A DNA stretch of 64,000 nucleotides from positions 14,880,001 through 14,944,000 of the forward strand of contig JAQFVV010000010.1 of NCBI GenBank assembly GCA_028023455.1, given 5' to 3'. Source of the stretch: Epiperipatus broadwayi (lineage: Eukaryota; Animalia; Onychophora). The position numbers and the translations under genes are program-made. The notes under the pieces were generated by a model that had not been told where the DNA came from, ran no database searches, and saw nothing but the letters and a program-made list of their open reading frames with translations. Below are positions 53,993 through 64,000 of the stretch, in pieces (within the stretch, counting starts at the first letter, position 1; the number at the start of each line of letters is the position of its first letter).

Positions 53993-54630
53993 GATTATTT
54001 ATCTTTTCGACATATATGGGTTCAAGTGTATCAGTGTTATGAAATAGTGTGGAGAGTGGTGGGTCGTGTGAAAGTCTGTGTTCATATACCCTATATATTA
54101 CATATATAGACACAGGTATATAATAAGCCTGTGTTTCAGTTATAATGAGTGTAATAAATCAAAACATTTAGCAAGAGATGTTTTTTAAAAAGTAATACAT
54201 TTACAATATTTTTCTTTTTATTAAAAATATGAAAATTATTTTCATCAAAAACATTTAAAATTTAAAAAAAATGTTGCTACCTTAAAAATATAAAAAAGTC
54301 AATTCTTTATTTTGAAATTAATAATAATAAATTATTTGTTGAACTTATTGTTACAATATAATAAATTTACCTGAAACTTAGTTTCCTGCATTTAATGAAA
54401 TCATTTTTGAATTTTGACTGTATGCATTTTATGAAATATTAATTGTCTCCCTTTTTTTTTTTAATTCCAAAAATAAACACCATCACGTGGGTAGATCATC
54501 TAAATTCAAGTAGAACACATGATAGTACCAAATAAATAATTAAGGAATTATAAAAATATTCATATAATATTAATTGCAAATAATATATATTTATTCATTT
54601 ATAATAAAGTAAATATTGTCACTAATTATA

Positions 54631-54739
54631 TGAGCGTTGTTAGCCGAGAGGTCATCGCAGCCGCTTTGCAAACAAGTAGTTGATTGCAGACGGTTGTGGG
54701 TTCGCCTCCCGATTGATGCTATGACATGTGAAAAAAAAA
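54631..54739 (+). mobile_element. tRNA-Gly-derived SINE (subfamily C)
   Basis: GCGTTGTTAGCCGAGAGG...GGGTTCGCCTCCCGATTGATGCTATGACATGTG plus poly(A). Confidence 0.8.
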
Positions 54740-55280
54740 TACTTAGGAATAAAATGTTGTAATATTGAAAGCTTTAATGCTCTAGGCTTTATATATATTT
54801 AAAATATTCTATGAGTTTTTAGCTTAGCAAACTATTCACTATCTCAAAAATTTATACATTTAGCTTCTTTTTTTTTTTTTTTGATTGAAATTATAACTAA
54901 ATTATACATTCTGATCCTGCATGATAGTTGATTGATATTTTTTTATTATTTAGAATTTTGAGAAACATTTGACTGCAGACACATCTATGAAATAATCTTA
55001 GTATTATTCTGAAACATACCCATCAGATACCAAAGATTATAATTGTTATTGACATTTAGAGCAAGAAAGTTTAATTGAAAAGTTAGATGATTATACACGT
55101 TTTTTTTTTTTTTTTTTTTTGGAAGAACAGATCATCTAGTGAAAGAAGACTACATATTAGGTTTGCTGTGGGGTCTAACATGGTATCTTTGACTTTTGGA
55201 ATTACTAAATATATCACCTTGTATTACGCAATGAGTATTTGTTTCTATTTTATCAATGTTTATGCTTCAACAGTAGATTG

Positions 55281-55391
55281 GGAAGTCTTGCATTGGTGGT
55301 AGAGAGGTCAGCGCGACTGCCTTGCACTTGCAGGCAGTTGCCCGGGTTGTGGGTTCATGTCCCGGCCGATGCTATGACACTTAAAAAAAAC
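55281..55391 (+). mobile_element. tRNA-Gly-derived SINE (subfamily B)
   Basis: Close to the 15700 copy; TSD CAGTAGATTG (55271-55280, 55392-55401). Confidence 0.9.
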
Positions 55392-57013
55392 CAGTAGATT
55401 GAGAAAATTCAGAGATAGTTTTTATTTGTTGTTGGATAAAATTATTATATAAATACCATTAAAAGGGTAAATTTTTTCCTTGGGGATTTTAATGAATGTG
55501 TTAATTAAGAACAATAAATTTTTCTCAAAGTTAGTAATATTGTTGAAAATTCAAATCAATCTACTATCATTGAATTTCTGCTCAACACATGGATTGTTTT
55601 GGTAAAGAAATCATTATAAACAAAAAAATTTCCATGCACAGAAAAAGATGGCATTTAATAGACTACATGCATAATTGTTAGAAATTAAAATGCAAAAGAT
55701 GTTTATGATACATAAATGCTTACAAGTACAACAGTTGAATAGATTAGTTTAATTTACTCTTATGTTTAAAATGATAAAAACATTAAAAAAAGATCTTATT
55801 CTAATGTTCCTTATTAGAAGCATCTAGTATTTATGCTAAATTTAAATAACTATTTAACACCAAAATCAATTGATAATTGAGATTTTCAGGATTATGTTAT
55901 TAAAGCAAAAAATTTTATTAAGAGGTATCATGATATAAATGAGTCTGTTCTTATGTTCATTAAAAAGAAAAGGATTCAGTTATTACTGACTTGATTAAAA
56001 AAACTTGGGACATTTTCTTTTTGTCAGAATAATAAATTGGATGTAACCAATTAATGTATATTTTTATAACCAACTAATAAGAAGGCTTAAAAATGATTGG
56101 TAGATTAAAACTGCTAAGAAAATGCAATTATTTTCTAATCGATTCACTTTATATCTTTTTGGCACATTGAAAATAATATATGGATCTAAAAAATAATATA
56201 ATGTCCCTCTTTTGTATAATGATAATATTTTTAAAAAGCTAAAGGGTATATTTGAATAATGATATAGGAATTGATACAATACTTTTTAATTAACTGAAAA
56301 AGAAGCAGGTCTTCATGAGATATCGGGAAAAAATTAAAATATGGTAGTATTATGTTACCGTCACAATTATTGTAATTTTTTAAGAGGAGTCATAAAACTG
56401 TATATCTCATCGCATGAATGTTTCTATTTTTTCACTTCATAAAAATAATAGGCATAGACAAGACTGCAATAAATATTATGGGATATCATTGGTAGTTAAT
56501 TTATCAAGGGTACTTTTAAAGATTTTGTTGAATAAGTTGCTTCTAGTCTTAAATAGGTGACTAATCAGAAACTTAGTATGGTTCTAGAAAATCAGGAAAC
56601 TCTAGACATGGATTTTTGTTGCCAGGCAAATGTGAAAAAATATCACTAACAAGAAGTGATTTATGTACTACTAATTTTGTTGTGTCATTTAACTTATTTA
56701 ATAGAACTGGTTTTTGTTAATATTTGAAAATAGTTGGTTATCCAACAAATTTTATTTGTATTGAACAGCTTTTAGACAATGGTATTAGAGGAAGTTTTAT
56801 TACTGCAAATAGAAATCATTTGAGAAGAAAACTGATGTTAAATAAGGATGTGTATTAGTTCCATCTTCATTTCTCCATTTTTACGATGTGGTTTTTGGAA
56901 CTATTTTTTTGGTAACTTTACAAAGTTATACATTTATATGCAATGCAATTTTGATAATGGAATTTTTATTTTTTCATTGGTTAAAGGCAAAAAATGAAAA
57001 CTTCATTTTTTTT

Positions 57014-57240
57014 TTTGCAGGGGAGTGGATGGATTTACAATATGCTGATGACTGTGCTATTCTTGCCAGTTCAAAAGATATATTCTACAAATTGTACTTA
57101 ATATTTTGAATGCAATATAAAGGCTTTTGTTTAGTAATTAATATTTAAAAAAACTCAAGTCCTTTATTAGCTAGAGATGAAGAATCTTCAACAACTTTTA
57201 GCTTGGATGATTATCAACATGAGAATATCTTGGTAGGTTT
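57014..57240 (+). pseudogene. RTE-type reverse transcriptase fragment
   Basis: DLQYADDCAILAS...F.LVINI.KTQVLY. Confidence 0.7.
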
Positions 57241-58224
57241 TTTTAATTAAAAAGATGGACTTACATGTTGATTTGCACTTTAGACTAAAATATACTACTG
57301 CTATAATCAACAAATTCAAAACTAAGGTATTTTATTATAATTGTATAAATTCTTCAACTGAGATTATGAAGTGAAATCTGGACCTTCTTTCAATGTAACA
57401 TAAAAGCAGTAGAAAAATTTTATTTAAAGATGTTCCATAAAAATTCTAGAAGTAAAATGCAAGATTATACGGGCAATCAACATCTTCATTTTTTTGGATA
57501 TAATGGTCCACTATTATAAAATTATATTAGGATATTTTATGTGAACTTGAGTGTAGTTTTCATGGGAGAGATAAATTCATTTATTTTATAAAATTTGTCT
57601 CTAAGATGCTCTAAAGGAGTGTCATATTTATTATTGTCATTGGGAAGATATGACAGGATAAAATGCAATGTAGGGCTATAATTAGTCATGGTGTTGAGGT
57701 CTTTCAGAATGAAAAGTTTAATGAAAAAAAAAACAGCATTATAAAGTATTATATAAGCAAGTTAATAGGTGAGCATATTATTTATGTGGATATATTTGTA
57801 TTTTAGGGATTTTATTTATATATTATTGGAACTGGAATGCTCTTCTCATTTTCAAGTTGATGATGATGATGATTATGACTATAGCACTGAATTAACATTA
57901 AAATAAAAATGAACGAAATGTGTTATAACTTTACTTCATACTTTGGAGATCAATATGGAAAAATTTGTAGCACTATTCTAAAAAAAATTTTTTAAATGCA
58001 CTGTACCAGAATATTCTCAAATATGTCATGCTTATGTGGGTTTTTGGTCAAAATTTATTGTATTTATAATTAAATATTTTTTGATCAAAATATCAGCATA
58101 GTTAAGATTAGTTATGTATTGATTCTCTGATGATTTGTAATGATGGCAATTTATTTGTTGAACTATTTCTATCATATATTTGAAATTGTTAAATGTTTTT
58201 AGAAAAATTTAAACTTTATACTTT

Positions 58225-58322
58225 GTTTTTTTTTTTATATGTCAAAGCGTTGACCGGGAAACGAACCCGGGCCAGCTGCTTGGAAGGCAGGTGTGCTAAC
58301 CGCTAGGCCGCCAATGCTTGAC
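58225..58322 (-). mobile_element. tRNA-Gly(TCC)-like retroposed copy (SINE subfamily A)
   Basis: 58247-58317 minus: GCATTGGCGGCCTAGCGGTTAGCACACCTGCCTTCCAAGCAGCTGGCCCGGGTTCGTTTCCCGGTCAACGC, very close to metazoan tRNA-Gly-TCC; TGACA tail, poly(A), 13-bp TSD with 1 mismatch (58212-58224, 58323-58335). Confidence 0.85.
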
Positions 58323-59650
58323 AACTTTGTACTTTTACAAATACATTTAACTGTTTATAACAACTGGTTTATACTTGGAGAAATATATATATGAAGTTTG
58401 ATTTTTTTCTTTAAAAGATTTCACAGTTTTAAATAGATGATGGTAATAATCCACTATATAACTATAAATATGTGTACAGTATATTGTAAATAAATAAATA
58501 AATTATTTTGAGATTTTTTTTTATTAAAATGATTTTGTAAATAATTTTTATTAATGATTAACATCAATTCTATTAGTAAAATGTCAAAAATCCAAAACAT
58601 TAATCACAATAGAATAAATTAGATTATTTACATCCTTATTCTTAAATTAAAAAATGATTAAATATAACTAGTTATCTAATTATTTATTATAATTATAGTA
58701 ATTATTCATTTTTGTCATTGTCACTGTTTTTCAGTGAATATAATTATTTATATATCTTTGGATATAGTATCTTTTTTAATTCAAGGCCTTTTGTTTTATG
58801 TCTTTTCAATTTGGCATTTTTTCTTTTTTACTTCAGTAGTTTTTCAATCTGGTCCTCTGACTTAAATATCTATTTGCTTCACCTGTAGGCGTAGCCCTGC
58901 TTATTCTATTTTTAAAAAAAAATAGAATTATTCTCATTGTGCTTAATAATGGATCTATGCTTTACAAAATAAAGTAATTCCCCAAGTTTATATCATATGG
59001 TTCTACTTAAATATGACCCTACATACTGACATTGATTTCTTTTTAAACTACCTTTTTTTTATATAGCTTATAGTTTTAAGATTTATTATGAATAATGATT
59101 TATAATGATTAATATACATGAAGTATATTTTCAGCTGAATACTAAGAAAATTAATCAAAAGCATTCTATTAATTTAGTTTTTGGGTTGAAGATTATTTTT
59201 ATTGCATTCGTGTCTGTTAAGCTACTTCTCCTTTTTCAGAATTTTTTATTCCATTTTACTGTTAATCTCTCTGTATATGTTTTCAGGTGTGAGTGTGTGT
59301 CTATTTAATGAAAACTAATAATAAAAAGCTTTCTTTTTTTTTTTTTTTTTTTTAAGTAATATTGCTGCTTTATTGTCAGTTTGCATATTTTATATCAGGG
59401 TAGCACAAAATAGGAGTCATGAAAACACCATTTTAAGTAAACTCTATACATTTTATTTATTTTAGAATTTATCTAAAAACACAAATGTATGTATATAAAT
59501 ATTTGAAAACCAGGCACTCTTCAAAAACCTGGGAGCTTAATTGTAAGTATAGAGGATTTGAACTCATATTTTCAAACACCCTTCAACTATCCACACTATC
59601 TCATACAACTGATACATATGACCACACACATGTAGAAAAGATTAATAATC

Positions 59651-59694
59651 ACCAATATACGTATTTCATGCTAAACCAGCACTCATCAGTTGGT
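59651..59694 (-). ncRNA. Intact type-I hammerhead (family A2)
   Basis: Exact reverse complement of 59944-59987. Confidence 0.9.
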
Positions 59695-59943
59695 ATTTAA
59701 TGTATTTAATGGATACTGTCCTATACATGAGGGGTCAGAGTGACTTCAGGTCAACATGGGCATGGCAATAATATTAGCATCAGCATGGGATTTGAGTTTT
59801 CATCATCAGATTTTCAACGATATGGATGGCTGAAAAGTTGGAGGTTGCAGTGGATTGAAGCTTGTCCATTGGAGTATGAAGATTTGCTATCTTAATATAA
59901 ACTGAGCATTGATTATATATATGTGTGAGAGATGATAGTCTGG

Positions 59944-59987
59944 ACCAACTGATGAGTGCTGGTTTAGCATGAAATACGTATATTGGT
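59944..59987 (+). ncRNA. Intact type-I hammerhead (family A2)
   Basis: ACCAA-CTGATGA-GTGCT-ggttt-AGCAT-GAAA-TACGTA-TA-TTGGT; palindrome ATACGTAT; AUA triplet. Confidence 0.9.
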
Positions 59988-60503
59988 GATTATTAATTTT
60001 TTCTACATGTGTGTGGTCATATGTATCAATTGTATGAGATAGTGTGGATAGTTGAAGGGTGTTTGAAAATCTGAGTTCAAATCCTCTATAAATGTATGTA
60101 TATGTAAAGTTTTATATTAGTATCGATTGTTACTAAATATGTACGTGTACAACTTCTTTCATTAATGATGTATTGGTTACTCATACTTACTTTGATTGTA
60201 ATTAGAAATTAACTTTTTCTACTCTCCATTAATCTTTAATAAATTTAAAGTGATATTTGTTTCATGAATTTGTGCAGCTTAGAATTTTTTATAATTATGA
60301 GTCAAATCCAACTTAGATTTTTTTTTAAAAAAAAAAAAAAAAAGGAGAGGATCATAGATAATGTTCAAAAAGGAATTAAACGTATTTGAAAAATAATGGT
60401 TATTTATAAACAGTGAGAATTGCCAATTCCTCTACAAGCTTTATGATAAATGCTTAGCCAGAGCCAGCACTTAAAATATCTCTGTCAGGAACCCCTTTCC
60501 AAA

Positions 60504-60537
60504 CCCCTGACCATGGTTTCGTGCTTTGGCACTCTTA
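60504..60537 (-). ncRNA. 5'-truncated type-I hammerhead remnant
   Basis: AAGA-GTGC-caaa-GCAC-GAAA-CCATGG-TC-AGGGG; the CUG of the core and the 5' strand of helix I are missing. Confidence 0.6.
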
Positions 60538-60613
60538 TTTTGACTATGAATGGTTATTTATATTTCAAAAAAAAAGTCAATAGTATTATTCAAAATTATT
60601 TATAGTCAACGAG

Positions 60614-62842
60614 CAGGGCTCGGCAACCTTTAAGAAAGAGAGGGCCAGACTGCTATGCATTGTCTTGAAGATGGGCCATATCAAATGACTACAAATAATA
60701 AACCTTAGATCGCTCTGTCTAGAAAGCAGTCTTGTTCTGGCTATTTAAAGAAAAGAAGGAAATCAATATAATTATGTGTCAACCCGGTCCAGCTGTTTGG
60801 AAGGCAGCTATGCTAACCGCAAGGCCACCAACACTTGACCACTTGTTTCTGCTTATTGTTTGCTAACTTCTCCAGATCAGGAGAAATGTTTGTTGATGTC
60901 AGAAGTAAAACATCATTCAGATGTTTGCCACACAGCTTTGTTCTTAAATGACTTTTAGAATATTTCATTTTTGAAAAAAGTTGTACTTGCAAATAATGAT
61001 ACCATCATTTTTGCATTATTCAAGATTTTTTGCTTGGCAATACATATTTTTTTGTAGAAGTTTCAGTGGAATTGAAGTGAAATTTTGATTTCAAAAATTT
61101 GCATATTATAAGTTGATTAACTCCAACTAATATTTTTCTGCCACTTGTTCTACATCAACTTTATAAAAAGAACCAAATAATATAAATTGATTTCTATGTT
61201 GTTGGAAGTTCATAAAGCAAGAGGAAAACTCGCCTCTCAAATCCTGAATGATTTTGGACATTTGGAAAATGAGAGTAGTTGACTGTCTGAAGTTGTGATT
61301 CTCACAATCTAAGTTTTTTTTCAAAAGCAGTAATTTGACCAAACATTTCAAATATAAGCTTGTCTCTTCCTTGAAGCCCAAGAATCAAATTGTTCATGTG
61401 GATCATGATGTCTACTATAAATGCTAATTTGACAGTCTACTGTGGGTCCTGAAAGCAAAAATTATTTTGATCTTTGTTCTCCAAAAACATAGTAATCTCT
61501 TCTTTCAATACATATACTCATACAATATTTTTCCTCGGCTAAGCCATCAAACATTTGAAAAATATGTAAGATCGCCATACTCTGCTTGAGTTTGTTTTAG
61601 AAATTCTTGAAACTGACAGTGATTTAGTCCTCATGAAAGTATAAATTCACTGGTTTTATGACCACTGCCATAAATATCCTTAAAATTCAATGACTTTGCA
61701 CATAATGCATCCTGATAAGTAATGCAGTGACGTTGGATTAGTTTGTGCTCAATACCAATGTGTTTTTGAAGCAATGAAATAAACCCCCTTTTCTCTCCAA
61801 CTGTTGCTGGTGCTTCATCTGTGGTTACTCCAATAAGCTTTGATAAATTAAGATTTATTTTAGAAATAAATTTTATAATGTCTCCCAAAAATCTTCTCTA
61901 GTGCCAGTGTTCTTCATACGAATCAATTGTATAAATTCTTCCACAATATCAAATATCAATGTTACACCTCTCACAAATACTCCAAGTTGGCAAGTATCTG
62001 TCATATCCATATTTTCATCAATAGCAATGAAATAATACTCCAGATTTGTTAAAATGCCTTTAAGCCATTTCTGACATTTCTGGCCAGTTCTTCAATTCAT
62101 CTTGGTACAGTTCTTGCCGATAAGCTTATTGCAGAAAATAATTCCTTTTTTCTGAACAAACAACACCCACTACCTTCAATATACATTCTTTGAAGAATTC
62201 TCGATCAGTAAAAGCTTTACATTTTCTGCAATTAGATTTGACACTTCATAGCTAGCATGAGTGTTTCAATCAATTTCTTCAACTTTTCTTATGAAAAAGA
62301 ATGACTGCTTTGTTAAATTATTTTTCAACTGTGCAACTTTGTCTCCACATGTTTTTTCAATTAAATTGTTGTAATGATTATGATGAGTTTTATAGTGCTC
62401 TTTATTATTTGAAACTTTCTTCACCGCAATGGTTTCTTGACAAATCAAACAAATTCATTTCCCAAAGTGTTCAATGAAAAAATAGCTAAGTGTCCAGCCT
62501 TTGTTAAAATTTTGGCACTCAAGATCTACCTTTCTTTTCTTAGTATTCATGGGCTTGTTTTTGTTCAGAAAAAAAGAACTTCTGGAAAGGAAAGAAAAAA
62601 AAAAGAAATCAGCAAGGAGAATTAAAAACAATGTAAACAAATGTATCTACAGATACAGTAATGTGATGAGATATAATAATTGTGAATAAATTATTAAATG
62701 TTTACCGGTACACTGATATCTAAAACCATTGGCTACTAGTTATCTAATCTCTAGATAATTAGTGTCCAATTGTTAATCTGGAGGGCCAGACAAAAATCTC
62801 GTGGGCTGAATGTGGCCTGCTGACCTGTGTTGCTGACCCCAG
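60614..62842 (-). mobile_element. Decayed hAT element with GTF2IRD2/SPIN-like transposase
   Basis: TIR-like ends CAGGGCTCGGCAAC / GTTGCTGACCCCAG; minus motifs KRKVDLECQNFNKGW..YFF, ICQETIAV, LIGVTTDEAPATVG, HCITYQDALCAKSL; no TSD match. Confidence 0.85.
60773..60839 (-). mobile_element. tRNA-Gly(TCC)-derived SINE (subfamily A), T-arm deleted
   Basis: GTCAAGTGTTGGTGGCCTTGCGGTTAGCATAGCTGCCTTCCAAACAG...GGGTT joined to the GACACAT tail; inserted in the hAT element. Confidence 0.8.
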
Positions 62843-63876
62843 ATTTTGAGGAACTACAAAACAAAAAATTAAATTGTTTATATACAAAGAGAATTAGAAA
62901 GGTTACTGTAAAGTTTCTAAGAAATTTTTCCTTTTAAAGATACATCACCATCCGTAATTTGACTTAAATATGGGTTTATCTTTGAACTCATAGATTTCCT
63001 AACTAAATCTAAAGTTTTTTTTATTCCTTTGAATAGAAAAGAAGTATGAATATTTGAAAAAAGTTGGAGAGGGGGGTGTATTAATAAGGATTTATGCGCT
63101 ACTTATATTGTTGAATATTAATTTGCATATGTTCGTATATAATATCTACAAAATTTTTAACATCTTTATGTGCAAGTATAATGGATACTTATAAGCACAT
63201 TTTAAAGTTTTCTTCAAGTCATAGTTTTTGAATACTTATATATATCTAATGATAATTAATTTTGAGAAAGGTTAACTTAAAATTATTTAGATAAGAAATT
63301 TTTATTTATAATATGAAAGATTGTATACGACTTGGCTTCGATAGAAGTGTTGGTATTAAAATATTGACATTCAACTTCAATATATTTTTACTTTTCTCAA
63401 AAGGGCTTTGATAATTTGTAGATTTATAATTCCACTTGTTTCATCTATTTTATAATCTTATTTTTCTGTATTGTTTTTTTTTTTTTTTTGATATTGTGTT
63501 ATACTTTCCTCTTATTACAGTCATGATTCTTTTTTTAATGGTCAGTGGATCAATATTCATCCAATCTGTCCAGATTATTTTGGTTTTTTATCCTCAGACC
63601 ATTATTGGAATATGTAGCTGAGTTGACCATTAGTTTGAAAAAAAACATTTAGGTTTGAATCCCAGATCCTAGGCATGATGGATAAGGCCGTTCTCTGTTT
63701 TTATTATTAATCCATAAATGTGTATATATATTGGTAATAAAATATTTTGTAGATTTTCATATTAGTAATTCAAATTAATTAAAAACAAAAATGTCACTGA
63801 ATTATGAACTGAATCCATAGGTGATTTTACTTGTATTAGAGAATAAAAAGAAAACTTTAAAATCATTAGAAATTAT

Positions 63877-64000
63877 CTTGTGTCGTGGTTTGGAAGGTTT
63901 CCTCTATCGGCAAAATATGCTTGATTATTGCGAATTTTAAAGCTCATTGAATACAGGTTAAAGCCTGTTTAAAGTATTTACATATGCTTTCTGTGCGCTC
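63877..64000. mobile_element. Right end of the foldback family seen at 3339-3958
   Basis: Homologous to ~3850-3958; ends CTGTGCGCTC, complementary to the left terminus GAGTGCACAG. Confidence 0.7.

Larger units (their letters stand above)
53255..54140. mobile_element. HHR repeat family A, ~885-bp inverted dimer
   Basis: Minus-sense arm 53255-53710 spans almost one monomer and crosses the monomer junction; plus-sense arm ~53719-54140; perfect 13-bp TSD TATAATGAGTGTA (53242-53254, 54141-54153). Confidence 0.9.
59550..60088. mobile_element. HHR repeat family A (subfamily A2), young inverted-pair insertion
   Basis: Near-identical ~145-bp arms 59550-59694 and 59944-60088, each with an intact HHR; imperfect 12-bp TSD TAATTGTAAGTA/TAAATGTATGTA. 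Confidence 0.85.

Noticed and set aside
58246-58317. Functional tRNA-Gly(TCC) gene
   Set aside because: Mismatches in the acceptor and anticodon stems, plus the family tail, poly(A) and TSD, indicate a retroposed SINE copy.
1391-63621. Short ORFs in the supplied track as host genes
   Set aside because: They are 60-140 aa, compositionally biased or antisense to repeats. The recognisable ones are transposon fragments listed as features.

Overview
Very AT-rich eukaryotic (invertebrate-like) DNA. I could not recognise a host protein-coding gene, rRNA, genuine tRNA gene or CRISPR array. The window is a layered transposon graveyard: decayed hAT (SPIN/Charlie/GTF2IRD2-like) elements and MITEs with TIRs and 8-bp TSDs, a Tigger/pogo fragment, RTE, L1/Tx1-like and other LINE remnants, a foldback element, nine copies of a short tRNA-Gly(TCC)-derived SINE, and Penelope-like element (PLE) RT and GIY-YIG remnants. 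The main signal not explained by the ORF track is about 24 minimal type-I hammerhead ribozyme (HHR) motifs, counting halves and degenerate copies, with palindromic helix III. They include core covariants (A3:U8 and U3:A8 instead of C3:G8). Twelve lie in two dispersed, apparently non-coding, circularly permuted ~465-nt and ~440-nt repeat families (retrozyme-like, candidate circRNA sources). These and related PLE fragments insert as inverted hairpins, four of them flanked by perfect 13-bp TA-N9-TA target-site duplications. All assignments were made by eye; boundaries of decayed elements are approximate.
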